IMG/VR virus record: IMGVR_UViG_3300005440_000008
Span: 1-64,000 of that record
Reading direction: 5' to 3' (one strand)
Source of the DNA: a virus
Taxonomy: Duplodnaviria; Caudoviricetes
DNA length: 64,000 nt
The position numbers and the translations under genes are program-made. The notes below the pieces were generated by a model. The model saw only the letters and a program-made list of their open reading frames with translations, had not been told where the DNA came from and did not search any database. This document shows positions 1-9,371 of this stretch, one piece after another (position 1 is the stretch's first letter; every line of letters starts with the position of its first letter).

Positions 1-681
1 GACCTCCCCGTTCATGAGCCGGTTCACCTTGACTTCCGTGTGCTCGCGGAACCACTCCCCCGTGTGCGCGATCCACCACTCGACGGCCTTCTGCGAGCGC
101 TCCCGGCGCCACAAGCCCGTCTGGAAGTACCAGTGATCGGCGACGGTGCAGATCTCGGCGGCGCCGCACCCGCAGGTCCCGAGGCTGTGGGCGCCAAGCT
201 CGGGCGTGCCGACGATCGCGCCGGTGCAGCCGGGGTCATGCTCCCGGGACGCGAAGGCGTACTCCTTCTTCGGCCAGCCGCCCTTCCAGCCCATCGTCGC
301 GCGCTTGTTGAACCGGATCTGGTGGAGGCCGTGGCGCGCCATGACCGCGAGCGCGCGCCCGATCGGCAGCGGCCGAACGGCGAGCAGGTCATCCTGCGTG
401 TAGAGGACGTATTCCGTCGTCGCGTGGCTCAGGAGCCAGCCGAGCGCGGCGCCGTGGCCGCTCGCCGGATCCTGGAGCTGCCAGACAACGGGGACGCCGT
501 GAACCCGGCCGGCCTCGGCCAGCACCTCGGTCACCGGCCCCTGACGTCCCGGGAACGCTGCGTCGTCGTGCACCAGGATCCGGTTGGGGAGCTGGTCCAC
601 CTGGGTCAGGAGCGAGTCCAGCGCCCGCTCGAGCAGATGCGGCCGGCTCGCCGAGGGCACGATCAGCTCGTAGGCGATCAT
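1..681 (-). CDS. Glycosyltransferase family 2-like protein (runs off the left edge)
   Basis: Not in the ORF track. Hand translation from ATG 681: MIAYELIVPSASRPHLLERALDSLL...ILVHDDA...TEYVLYTQDD (GT-A N-terminus, DxD-like motif). ATGA overlap with the upstream gene. Confidence 0.8.
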   Translation of the reverse strand, partial: MIAYELIVPSASRPHLLERALDSLLTQVDQLPNRILVHDDAAFPGRQGPVTEVLAEAGRVHGVPVVWQLQDPASGHGAALGWLLSHATTEYVLYTQDDLLAVRPLPIGRALAVMARHGLHQIRFNKRATMGWKGGWPKKEYAFASREHDPGCTGAIVGTPELGAHSLGTCGCGAAEICTVADHWYFQTGLWRRERSQKAVEWWIAHTGEWFREHTEVKVNRLMNGEV

Positions 682-1862
682 CGACCCCCACCCGCACAGA
701 CGTCACGCACCGCGTCGACGACCCGATCGACGTCGACGGCGGTCATCCCGACGAAGATCGGCAGGGAGAGGCAGGTCCGGTAGAAGTCCTCGGCCCCCGG
801 AAATCGCGGCTGGATCTCGCCGCCGCGGGCGCTCGAGAACCAGAGGTCCCGGTAGTAGCGATGCAGATGGAGCGGGCGGTAGTGCACCGATGCCCGCACC
901 TCGCGCGCCCGGAGCTGCTCGGCGACGGCGTCACGCGGGAGCGCGTCCGGGACCCCGATGACGTAGAGGTGCCAGGCCGACTCCACGTGGGGATCGACCT
1001 CGAGGAGCCGGATCCCGGGGATCTGGCGGAACGCCTCGGTGTAGCACCTCGCGATGGCGGAGCGGGCCAGACGGGCCTGCTGCCACCGCGGGAGCTGGGC
1101 CCGACCGATCGCGGCCAGGACGTCCGGCAGGTTGTACTTGTACCCGTCCTCGAGGACCTCGTAGTGGTACACCCCGCGACGCGACCGCTGATAGGCATCC
1201 TGGTCGATGCCGTGGAGGGTGAGCCGGCGGGCCCGCGCGATGATGGCCGGATCGGTGCCCTCGGGAAACGTGAGCATCCCCCCTTCGCCGGTGGTGAGCG
1301 GCTTCGTGGGGTAGAACGAGAAGGCCGCCTGCGTCGTGAGGCCCCCCACGGGGATCCCGCCGATGCGCGCGGAGAGGGCGTGGGCCGCGTCCTCGAGCAC
1401 CCAGAGGCCGCGCGACGTCGCCCACGTAAGGCACTCGGCGAACCCCGTTGGGTTTCCGCCGAAGTGCACCCAGATCACCCCGCGCGTCCGGCCGTCGCGC
1501 ACGAGGCGATCCGCCGCCGCGAGGTCGAGGTTGCCGGTCCGCGGGTCGATGTCCGCGAGGACCAGCCGGGCGCCGGCCTGCGGCACCACGGCCGCCGTCG
1601 CGGTGAAGGTCAGCGTCGGCACGATGATCTCGTCCTCGGGCCCGAGGTCCCGGAGGCAGAGCGCCACGTGGAGCGCCGCCGTACACGACGACAGGGCCAC
1701 CGCGGCGCCGGCGCCGACGGCCGCGGCGAACTCCGTCTCGAAGGCCTCGGCGACCATCCCCGTGGTCAGCCAGCCGGAGCGGAGGACCTGCTCGACGGCC
1801 TTCAGCTCGGCCTCGGTGATGTCGGGATCGTGGAATGGGACCGGTCTCATCGTTTCCCTCAT
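678..1862 (-). CDS. DegT/DnrJ/EryC1/StrS family PLP-dependent sugar aminotransferase
   Basis: SGWLTTG, SCTAALH, EDAAHA and FSFYPTKPLTTGEGGM (PLP lysine) motifs. Confidence 0.95.
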   Translation of the reverse strand: MRETMRPVPFHDPDITEAELKAVEQVLRSGWLTTGMVAEAFETEFAAAVGAGAAVALSSCTAALHVALCLRDLGPEDEIIVPTLTFTATAAVVPQAGARLVLADIDPRTGNLDLAAADRLVRDGRTRGVIWVHFGGNPTGFAECLTWATSRGLWVLEDAAHALSARIGGIPVGGLTTQAAFSFYPTKPLTTGEGGMLTFPEGTDPAIIARARRLTLHGIDQDAYQRSRRGVYHYEVLEDGYKYNLPDVLAAIGRAQLPRWQQARLARSAIARCYTEAFRQIPGIRLLEVDPHVESAWHLYVIGVPDALPRDAVAEQLRAREVRASVHYRPLHLHRYYRDLWFSSARGGEIQPRFPGAEDFYRTCLSLPIFVGMTAVDVDRVVDAVRDVCAGGGR

Positions 1863-2566
1863 CTCCTCTCCTCCGTCACCTCTTCGGTGGCAGCCTTCGC
1901 GTCCGTGATGATCGCGACGTATTCGGCGTCCGTGAGCCCGAGACCGGCCTTGAGCTTCGCGCCGAGATCCATGCGGGCCTGCGTCGTCCGCCAGCCGTGA
2001 ATGCTCGCAACAGGAATGGCGTCCATGTAGTCCAGCAACACGAGCCCGAGGAACTTCTTGAGCGCCTCCACCTGGGCCTCGGCGCGCTCGCGGGCGGCCT
2101 TCTCGTCATCAAAGAGCCGCATTCGCTCCGTGACAGGCTTGATGGGCGGTTGCCCGCCGCGCTTGGCGCTCGCGTATCGGACGAGACCGGGCCACCCTTC
2201 ACGCTTGGCGATGTCGAGGAGGCGGGGCGCATCCTCGTACGAGAACGGCTCCGCGTCGGCGCAGGCGTAGTAGAAGGTGTCGCCCATGTGCAGCCCGAGC
2301 CACGCCTGCCCTTCGGTGGTCACTTCGGCGGTCACGAAGAACGGGCCGCTATCCTGCCCGCCCGCGAACGCCTCGTACTGGGCGAGCAACAGATGGGCCG
2401 CCCGATACCACTCCCGCTCCCGCTCCGCCGCGTCCGCCCGGGTGGTGGCGGCGGTCAAGGCGGTGGCGATGCAGGCCCAGCACGCGCCAGTCCCGAGCGT
2501 GTAAGTCGGGTGCGGCAGATGCGTACAGTTGATCTCCCGCGCGATCTCCTCCGGCGTCGGGGTCAT
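1859..2566 (-). CDS. Hypothetical phage protein
   Basis: 235 aa with natural composition; overlaps both neighbours. Confidence 0.7.
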   Translation of the reverse strand: MTPTPEEIAREINCTHLPHPTYTLGTGACWACIATALTAATTRADAAEREREWYRAAHLLLAQYEAFAGGQDSGPFFVTAEVTTEGQAWLGLHMGDTFYYACADAEPFSYEDAPRLLDIAKREGWPGLVRYASAKRGGQPPIKPVTERMRLFDDEKAARERAEAQVEALKKFLGLVLLDYMDAIPVASIHGWRTTQARMDLGAKLKAGLGLTDAEYVAIITDAKAATEEVTEERR

Positions 2567-3108
2567 GCTCCGCCCTCGCGGCGGGCGCGGAGGACCGCCT
2601 CACCTAGTGCCGCGACGGCGCGATCCCTGATGGCCAGATCGGCGCGCCGTCGAAGCGCTGTGATGACAGTGGCCTGCGCCTTGTCCCACGTGTCATCACG
2701 GGCGGTTCCTGCGGCCTTCCGGCTCACTTCCAGCACCGCCGTTTCGCAATAAGTGGCCGGTTCTCCGTCGCAATGGCGGCACTTCGTCCCGCTCGCTTGG
2801 GCGGCGGTGAGCGCGGGCGTGAAGACGAGCCGAAACAGGAGTTCCGCTGTTTCATCAAGGGTCGCCCGATCGGCCTGACAGTCGTAGAGCCGATCGCGAA
2901 TCTCCTTCTCAACCTCCCCCACTGGTGCAGCAGCGGGCGCGGCCTCGAGTTGCCGGAGCGCATCCTCGACAAGGATCACGCTGACGGCGAACAGCTTGCC
3001 CTTTCCGGCCGACACGCGGCGATCGCCGGGCGCAACCGGGTTCGCGTGCGTGCATTCCAGCAGGCCCTTCACGGCCGCACACAGCTTCCCGACCGCTTCC
3101 CCGCTCAT
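2563..3108 (-). CDS. Hypothetical protein (CxxC motif)
   Basis: Start MSGEAVGK at an ATGA overlap with the upstream stop. Confidence 0.6.
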   Translation of the reverse strand: MSGEAVGKLCAAVKGLLECTHANPVAPGDRRVSAGKGKLFAVSVILVEDALRQLEAAPAAAPVGEVEKEIRDRLYDCQADRATLDETAELLFRLVFTPALTAAQASGTKCRHCDGEPATYCETAVLEVSRKAAGTARDDTWDKAQATVITALRRRADLAIRDRAVAALGEAVLRARREGGA

Positions 3109-3809
3109 CCCGTTACTCCGTCGCCACGCTCCACCGCGGGCCTCGGGGGAAAGAGTGGCGCGCCGGTCCAGACACCCCAGACGAGCGAGAACGCCTCGGC
3201 GAAGGACTCCCCGATCCGCGCGCCGTACCACGTCATGCGCGCCTCGATGGCGGCGTTGCTGCGCGGATGATTCGACGAGGGGATCTCCGTGTCGTAGCAC
3301 CGGAGCGCGTTCAGCTTTGTTGAGACCTCGGCCAGATGGAGCCCGACATGGACCGTCCCGTCGAACGGGCGCGTCGGCAGGGCATCGACCTCGTACTCGA
3401 GGAGCCATTTCACGGGATGCCCGGCGAACGGGCGCGCCGCGACCCGCGTCGCCAGGCTCGCCGCGACGTGGTCGGCGTTGAGATCCTCGGACCAGTGGGA
3501 AAAGATGACGTCGGGCTTGACGGCGTCGATCTCGGCCTCGATCTCGCGCACCAGCTCCGGCGTCACGATCAGTCGCTGGTCCTCGAAGTGCCGGAACGGG
3601 CGCAGCGTGGCGCCGAGCACCGCGCACGCGGCCCGGGCGTGCTGTCGCCGCCGCTCGATCTCCGGGTAGACGTCCTGCGCTCGCTTCCCCGGATAGCGCC
3701 CACGCACGCCGTCGGTGAGGATCAGGACCGACGTCTCCATCCGCTGGGCGACTCCGCCACAGCCGAGGACCTCGTCGTCCGGATGCGCCGCCACGATCAG
3801 CGCTCTCAT
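3105..3809 (-). CDS. PIG-L/LmbE family deacetylase
   Basis: AAHPDDEVLGCGG and D-x-N-x-DH motifs. Confidence 0.92.
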   Translation of the reverse strand: MRALIVAAHPDDEVLGCGGVAQRMETSVLILTDGVRGRYPGKRAQDVYPEIERRRQHARAACAVLGATLRPFRHFEDQRLIVTPELVREIEAEIDAVKPDVIFSHWSEDLNADHVAASLATRVAARPFAGHPVKWLLEYEVDALPTRPFDGTVHVGLHLAEVSTKLNALRCYDTEIPSSNHPRSNAAIEARMTWYGARIGESFAEAFSLVWGVWTGAPLFPPRPAVERGDGVTG

Positions 3810-4495
3810 GGCAGCGCCAGCCGTGCGCGGGTGCCCGCGACGCCGTGGGTGAGGAGGTCGTGGAGCACCGAGGGCTCGACGCCATCCGGCTCGCTCGGCG
3901 CGGTGTACGCGTGCACCTGGACGTCAATGCCAGCGTCGGCGAACTGGGCGCGATCGAGGATCCGGGCGCCCGTGGCACCCGACAAGTACGTGGTGGCCTT
4001 CAGCGCCTGGCAGAGGGCCACGAGGCGTCCGGTTCGATCGGTCGGGATGCCGTCGAAGTCGGTATCGAGGTGCACAGCGGGCATGCAGTCGAGCCACGCG
4101 AGCGCCGAGAGCAGCGCGAGGCGGCTCGCGCCGGCGACCGAGCGCCCGATGGCCACGCTGGCGAACGCGCCGAGCTGGACGAAGAGCTCGGCCCAGCCGG
4201 CCGCGGGGCGATACCGGCCGCGGAGCGCCTGGTAGTGACGCTCCGGCCACTCTTCGTTGGCCGCCCGGACATCGCGCAGCGCCTGGAGCTCGCCCGTGTG
4301 CGCATAGGGGATCGTCAGCCACTCCCAGCCGCCCACCGGGCTGACCGACCGGACCCGCGCGCGATGCTGGCAGGAGGACCGGTCGAACATGATGCCCGGC
4401 CCCTGCAGGAGCACCACGTGGTCGGCCAGCGCGAGCTTCCGCACGGTCCGCAGCGGGGGCCAGTACTCGGGTTGGTGCATGGCCACGACGGTCAC
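3806..4495 (-). CDS. WbqC-like family protein
   Basis: N-terminal MHQPEYWP, WLTIP, RLVALCQALKATTYLSG and SVLHDL; GTG start overlaps the upstream stop. Confidence 0.85.
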   Translation of the reverse strand: MTVVAMHQPEYWPPLRTVRKLALADHVVLLQGPGIMFDRSSCQHRARVRSVSPVGGWEWLTIPYAHTGELQALRDVRAANEEWPERHYQALRGRYRPAAGWAELFVQLGAFASVAIGRSVAGASRLALLSALAWLDCMPAVHLDTDFDGIPTDRTGRLVALCQALKATTYLSGATGARILDRAQFADAGIDVQVHAYTAPSEPDGVEPSVLHDLLTHGVAGTRARLALP

Positions 4496-4830
4496 GGCTT
4501 GAACCCGGGCGGCGGGGCGAGCACGCGGCCCCCCGGCGTCGCGGGGCTCGCGCCAGCCCGGAGCTGGCGCACGATCTCGCCGATGATCATCTGGTGCTCG
4601 CAGTAGCTGCTCGCCCGCTGGCAGAGGAGCTGGATGCGCGAGACGTGGACGCCCGGCGCCTGGATCTGGAGCGCGTCCTCGGCGCCCGGGCCCGAGATCA
4701 GGCGCAGGCGTACCTCGATCACTTCGCGCCCGTCTGGAAGCACTCGGCGGCCCGGGATGCTGGAATCCGAGGCCCCCAGGGCCACGTCGGGCGCGGGCTG
4801 TCCGTCGGGTGTCGGCGTGTCGGGATCCAC
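4492..4830 (-). CDS. Hypothetical protein
   Basis: Fills the gap with coupled start and stop codons. Confidence 0.5.
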   Translation of the reverse strand: MDPDTPTPDGQPAPDVALGASDSSIPGRRVLPDGREVIEVRLRLISGPGAEDALQIQAPGVHVSRIQLLCQRASSYCEHQMIIGEIVRQLRAGASPATPGGRVLAPPPGFKP

Positions 4831-5717
4831 TACGCGATCCTTTCCGCCACGAGCCCGGCTTTGATCCAGGTCCGTAGCGTGCTCTCGACGTTCCAGTTGC
4901 TGGATATGTCGTGTAGGGCTTCGAGTGGGATGGCCCCGTAGTCCGGGCCCGGCTCGAGCGTGGGGTCCGTGAGCACCGGCACGGGTTCGCCGCCGGTAAG
5001 CGCGGCATGGATCCAAGCGATGCGCGTGGCCAAGAACCAGACGCTCATCGACAGGCCGATGAGCTGCATCGGATCGGCCTCCGGCCTGAGCGCCGCCTCG
5101 ACGACGTGGACCACGTCCGGGATCGTCGTGATCACCACCACGGGATTCGCCGCGACCGGCACGCGTGGCGACTCTCCGCGGACGACCGCCTGGAAGAACG
5201 TGCTGGCCACGCCGCGGCGGTGCGCCGGGTCGAGCACGGCCCCGAGCCGGAGGATCCGTGTCGACCCCTGCACCCGGACGAGGTGCTCCCCCGCCCGCTT
5301 CATCGCCCCGTACCACTGCGTCTCGGCGGCGAGCGTGGAGAGGTAGACGATCAGCCGATCCGGGAATGCGGCCCGGAGCTCGGCGGGCAGCAGGACGTGG
5401 GCACGGAGGGCGCCCGCCAGGTCCTGCCGACAGGCCGCGTCGCCGGCGGGACCGTGCGCATAGACGAGCGGCGCCGGCGGTCCGTCCCGGCGCTCGCTCC
5501 GGTCGAAGCGCTCGATCCGGTGGCATGTCGCCTGGTCCGCGTCCGCCAGCGAGATCCAGCCGAGGCTGCGCTGGGACGCGACGTCGAAGGGCGGCCGGGC
5601 CCCGTGCGCGAGGCTCGGCCCCCGCGTGAGCCCCAGGACCCAGGATCCGGGCAGCGCCTGGGCGAGGGCCGCCGCGAGCTGGCCGCCGCCGATGATGATC
5701 GGCGTTACCGGCCCCAT
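4830..5717 (-). CDS. Divergent NAD-dependent epimerase/reductase (extended SDR-like)
   Basis: IIIGGGQL N-terminus, YLST, YGAMK (YxxxK), ILRLGAV. Confidence 0.6.
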   Translation of the reverse strand: MGPVTPIIIGGGQLAAALAQALPGSWVLGLTRGPSLAHGARPPFDVASQRSLGWISLADADQATCHRIERFDRSERRDGPPAPLVYAHGPAGDAACRQDLAGALRAHVLLPAELRAAFPDRLIVYLSTLAAETQWYGAMKRAGEHLVRVQGSTRILRLGAVLDPAHRRGVASTFFQAVVRGESPRVPVAANPVVVITTIPDVVHVVEAALRPEADPMQLIGLSMSVWFLATRIAWIHAALTGGEPVPVLTDPTLEPGPDYGAIPLEALHDISSNWNVESTLRTWIKAGLVAERIA

Positions 5718-6649
5718 TCGCTCCCCTCTCCCTCGGCCCACGCCAGGACCTGCTCGAGCCCCATCCGGAACGACGTCCGGGGCTTCCAGCCGAGCGACCG
5801 CAGGCGGTCACAGTTGAGGTGAAACGTGACGACCTCGCCGGGGCGGGCCAGGTCGGCGCGCGCCACGATCGGGACGTCGTAACGGGCGCTGAGGAAGTCG
5901 GCAATGTCTCGGATCGAGCAGGACTCCCCTGACCCGACGTTGAAGACCCGCCACGGCAGGTCATCCGCCTCGAGGAGCAGCGCGTAGGCCGCCACCAGGT
6001 CGTCGATGAAGAGGAACTCCCGCCGCTGCGAGCCGTCGCCGGTGAGCTGAAGCGCTCCGCCGGCCCGCGCCGCGGCCAGGAAGGTCGGGATCACCGCGCC
6101 ATCCCGTCCCGTCTTCTGCCACGGCCCGAAGATGTTGCAGGGCCGCAGGATGGTCAGCCGGAGCCCGTAGGTGATCGCATACGCCTCGGCCAGGCGCTCG
6201 CCGGCGCACTTGGCGGCCGCGTAAGGCGAATGCGGGACGAGCGGTGCCAGCTCGTCCACCGCGGCGGCGCCCGTGTAGCCGTACACCTCGCACGAGGACG
6301 CCCAGAGCACGCGGACCGCCGGCGCCTCGCTCCGGATGGCCTCGAGGACCGTGTAGGCGGCCTGGGCGTTGACCTCCCAGACCGCGCGCGGGTGGTGAAA
6401 TGACTCGTCCACCGAGGTCCACGCCGCGAGGTGCACCACGGCGTCGACGCCGCGCACCGCCTTGCGCATCAGCTCGGGATCCGTCACCGAGCCCCACAGG
6501 ACGTGCCGCGGCGGGGTCAGGCGCCCGGCCATCTCCTGGGCGCGCTGCGAGGGCGTGTTGAGCACCGTCACCGCGTGGCCCATGGCCGTCCAGTGCTCGG
6601 CGAGCGCGTGGCCCTGGAACCCTAGGCCGCCCGTCAGGAGGAGCCTCAT
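5705..6649 (-). CDS. NAD-dependent epimerase/dehydratase (NDP-sugar 4,6-dehydratase-like)
   Basis: LLTGGLGFQG, HLAAWTSVDES, SSCEVYG, SPYAAAK, LRPCNIFGP. Confidence 0.92.
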   Translation of the reverse strand: MRLLLTGGLGFQGHALAEHWTAMGHAVTVLNTPSQRAQEMAGRLTPPRHVLWGSVTDPELMRKAVRGVDAVVHLAAWTSVDESFHHPRAVWEVNAQAAYTVLEAIRSEAPAVRVLWASSCEVYGYTGAAAVDELAPLVPHSPYAAAKCAGERLAEAYAITYGLRLTILRPCNIFGPWQKTGRDGAVIPTFLAAARAGGALQLTGDGSQRREFLFIDDLVAAYALLLEADDLPWRVFNVGSGESCSIRDIADFLSARYDVPIVARADLARPGEVVTFHLNCDRLRSLGWKPRTSFRMGLEQVLAWAEGEGSEWGR

Positions 6650-6879
6650 CGCGGAAGCTCCCGGCATACGTTCTCCTCTGATGTGATCGGGTACGCGCCC
6701 TGCCCTTCCATCAAGTCCATCAGCTCGAGCACGACCTCCGACGGGGTGCCCTTGGCGAGCAGGTCCCGGACGCGTCGTGCCACGTGGAACGCGCGCGTGG
6801 TCGATTCGTGGACCCCGACGCAGCCCGGTGGGATCTCCTTCACGGTCGTGGGCATGGCGCGGATCTCGAGGAAGGTCAC
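6646..6879 (-). CDS. Hypothetical protein
   Basis: Coupled GTGA/ATGA overlaps on both sides. Confidence 0.5.
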   Translation of the reverse strand: MTFLEIRAMPTTVKEIPPGCVGVHESTTRAFHVARRVRDLLAKGTPSEVVLELMDLMEGQGAYPITSEENVCRELPR

Positions 6880-7091
6880 GGCTTCTTGTCCTTCCCGTAC
6901 TTCGCTCGGCAATAGTCCGTGATGACGTCGACGATTTCCTTGAGGTCATTCAGGTCGTCGACCGTAGCAGTCAAAGACGAGACCGTGACCTTCACGGTCT
7001 GCCCTGCTTTCACGTTGCACGGGATGTCCGCGGTCGGGCATCCACCGAGCGCGAGCCCGAGCAGAGCGATCCCAACGGCTTGGAGCTTCAC
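6876..7091 (-). CDS. Small putative lipoprotein
   Basis: MKLQAVGIALLGLALGGC signal peptide with lipobox. Confidence 0.65.
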   Translation of the reverse strand: MKLQAVGIALLGLALGGCPTADIPCNVKAGQTVKVTVSSLTATVDDLNDLKEIVDVITDYCRAKYGKDKKP

Positions 7092-8065
7092 CCGATCACC
7101 GCCTTCCACATGGCGTCGACGTGGCGCACCTGGTGAGGCCAGGTCCATGCCTGCTCGACGGTGCGGCGCGCGGCCGCGCCCATCGCGCGCACGACGTCGT
7201 AGTGATCGCGCATCCAGGCGAGCCAGTCGGTCAGCGCGGCGAGCAGGCGCGGATTGTCGGCGCGCATCTGGGTCACGGAGTACTCCGGCGCGGCCGCGGC
7301 GGGGCCGAGGAGTGGCGGGAGGTGCACGCCGTTCTCGAGGTGCGTGATGAACTCGACCATGTTCCCGACCGGCGTCGAGAGGAGCGCGTTGCCGCACGCG
7401 GCGCCCTCGAGCATCGGATTGGGGGTCGCGTCCATGTTCGACGCGGTCACCTGGAGCGAGACGCCCTGGTAGAACGCGCGCATGGTCTCCGCGGGCAGCG
7501 CGAGCTTCGCGGTCCGCTGCACGAGCTTCAGCGTCACGCCGACGTGCCGGCAGGCGTCGATGATGAGCGGCGCGCCCTTGCGAAGGTTCGGCTTGCCCAC
7601 GTGGGCCGCGATCAGGTGGTCGGGGTGCGACTCGGTGCGCCGCCAGAACTCGGCGTCGACGCCGTTCGGGCAATACCAGAGCGGCGGATCCCCGGGCTCC
7701 GTGAAGACATGCGCCTGGAGGTCCTCGAGGACGAGGCGTGAGTTGGCGTGAATCCCATCCGCCGGCGCCGCCCAGGCGCGGACCTTGTCGCGGCCCCAGG
7801 TGCGCCACACGTTCGCGGTCAGGCCCACGACGATCTTGCCGCCTCGCGCGCGATGCTCGGGCGGCACGTGGCCCGCTTGCGGGAACTCGAAGCAGTGGAC
7901 CAGGTCGTAGCCGCCCGCCGCCGGCCAGGTCACACCCTGGACCTGGTACTGGACGTCGATCGACCAGTCCGCGGACAAGTGCTGCGCGTAGGCGCGCGCC
8001 TTCCGCCCCCACGCCCAGTTTTCGGTGTCCGCGAGCACCAGCACGCGCGGCTTCGTGGTCGTCAT
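7088..8065 (-). CDS. Glycosyltransferase family 4 (GT-B)
   Basis: RKGAPLII, ASNMDATPNPMLEGAACG, STPVG, WTW..V motifs. Confidence 0.85.
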   Translation of the reverse strand: MTTTKPRVLVLADTENWAWGRKARAYAQHLSADWSIDVQYQVQGVTWPAAGGYDLVHCFEFPQAGHVPPEHRARGGKIVVGLTANVWRTWGRDKVRAWAAPADGIHANSRLVLEDLQAHVFTEPGDPPLWYCPNGVDAEFWRRTESHPDHLIAAHVGKPNLRKGAPLIIDACRHVGVTLKLVQRTAKLALPAETMRAFYQGVSLQVTASNMDATPNPMLEGAACGNALLSTPVGNMVEFITHLENGVHLPPLLGPAAAAPEYSVTQMRADNPRLLAALTDWLAWMRDHYDVVRAMGAAARRTVEQAWTWPHQVRHVDAMWKAVIG

Positions 8066-8403
8066 CACCACGGCTGCCGGAGCGCGTCCGGACGGACGAG
8101 CTTCTTGACCGCCGCCTCGATCGTCGGCTGGAGCGCCAGGGGCGCCTTCGCCTCCGGGGCCCGGTCCGCCACGGTAAGGATCTCCTCCACGCAAAGCGCC
8201 TTCACGGCCGCGCGGACATCGGGGTCCTCGAGCATGACCAGGAGGCTTCGCTTGAACCGGTCCTTCGCGCGCGCCAGCTCGTCCGCGGCGGCCGGATCGC
8301 TGCCCCCCGCGCCCGCGAGTGGCGCCTCCGGGGGCTTGCCCCCCTCCCCGCCCCCGCCCGGCTCGGTCGGCGCGCCACTCTTCCCTGGATCTCTCCCAGC
8401 CAT
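8065..8403 (-). CDS. Hypothetical protein
   Basis: 112-aa ORF in the operon. Confidence 0.55.
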   Translation of the reverse strand: MAGRDPGKSGAPTEPGGGGEGGKPPEAPLAGAGGSDPAAADELARAKDRFKRSLLVMLEDPDVRAAVKALCVEEILTVADRAPEAKAPLALQPTIEAAVKKLVRPDALRQPW

Positions 8404-8406
8404 CGG

Positions 8407-9162
8407 CTAGTCCTTCCCCGCGCGATTCCGCGCGATCGGGCCGCCCGCGGCGATGCGGGCGGCCAGGTAGGCCCGGTTGCGATCGACCTGTGCGAGGTCC
8501 GCGTGGGTCGGCCACGTGCGGTCATGCCACTGGTGCGCGGCAAAGGCGCGCGTCGGATCGGGCAGCCACTGGACGGTGCCGCCGGCCCACTCGACGCGCA
8601 GGGTCAGGTCGTTGTCCTCGCCCCCCCAGGTCTGGTACGTCTCGTCGAAGCCGCCGACCTCCTCGAACCAGCGCCGGGGCACGATCATCCCGGCGCCCTG
8701 GCCCACGGTCGGATGGAGGTCGCTCATGGCGACGAGCACCTCGGCGGACAACACGCCATCGGGCGGGAGAAAGCCCATCAACGGCTGGCGGATGTCGCGC
8801 GACCGCGTGAGCCAGCACACGGGCTCGGCCCCGGCGACCGGCGCCGCGAGCGCCGCCATCACCGCGGCCCACCAGGTGGGCGGGAAGATCATGTCGGCGT
8901 CGGTGAAGACGAGCCACGGGGTCTCCGCGCGCGCGGCCGCCCGGTTGAGCGCGCGCGCCCGGGACCAGATCTCCTGCGGCTCGGCCACCGTCGTGGCTCC
9001 GTACACCGTGGCCACCCGCCCCACGCTCCGAGCCGTCACGCTCAGATCCGCGACGACGATCGGCGCATCGCACTGCGCCCGCAGCGAGCCCAGGCAGCGC
9101 TCGAGGTGGTCGAGATACCAATCCTTCACGCCGAGGCAGATCGTCAGGACCGGCGCGGTCAT
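8407..9162 (-). CDS. Glycosyltransferase family 2 with galactosyltransferase-type C-terminal motif
   Basis: SRARALN, FTDADM (DxD), GGFDETYQTWGGEDNDL, HQWH. Confidence 0.92.
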   Translation of the reverse strand: MTAPVLTICLGVKDWYLDHLERCLGSLRAQCDAPIVVADLSVTARSVGRVATVYGATTVAEPQEIWSRARALNRAAARAETPWLVFTDADMIFPPTWWAAVMAALAAPVAGAEPVCWLTRSRDIRQPLMGFLPPDGVLSAEVLVAMSDLHPTVGQGAGMIVPRRWFEEVGGFDETYQTWGGEDNDLTLRVEWAGGTVQWLPDPTRAFAAHQWHDRTWPTHADLAQVDRNRAYLAARIAAGGPIARNRAGKD

Positions 9163-9371
9163 CGCTCGTCCTCGTCGGCGCGCTCGGGATGGCAGCGGCA
9201 GTCACAGACGGCGGGCGCCGGACAGGCGCGATGCTGGTGGCGCGCGCAGCACCGCGAGAGGCGCAGCACGCCGTTCTCGCCGGTGAAGCGATAGACCCAG
9301 GGCACCGGCACCGGGACCGGCGCGGCGCTCGAGATGGGCGCGACGGGACGCGGCAGATCGAGCACGATCAC
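9159..9371 (-). CDS. Small Cys-rich hypothetical protein
   Basis: Coupled overlaps; CCxxHxHxxC...CxCxCH. Confidence 0.5.
   Translation of the reverse strand: MIVLDLPRPVAPISSAAPVPVPVPWVYRFTGENGVLRLSRCCARHQHRACPAPAVCDCRCHPERADEDER

Noticed and set aside
1-9162. Host O-antigen/capsule locus
   Set aside because: No transport or polymerase genes and interleaved with phage-like ORFs; not fully excluded because the cluster runs off the window.
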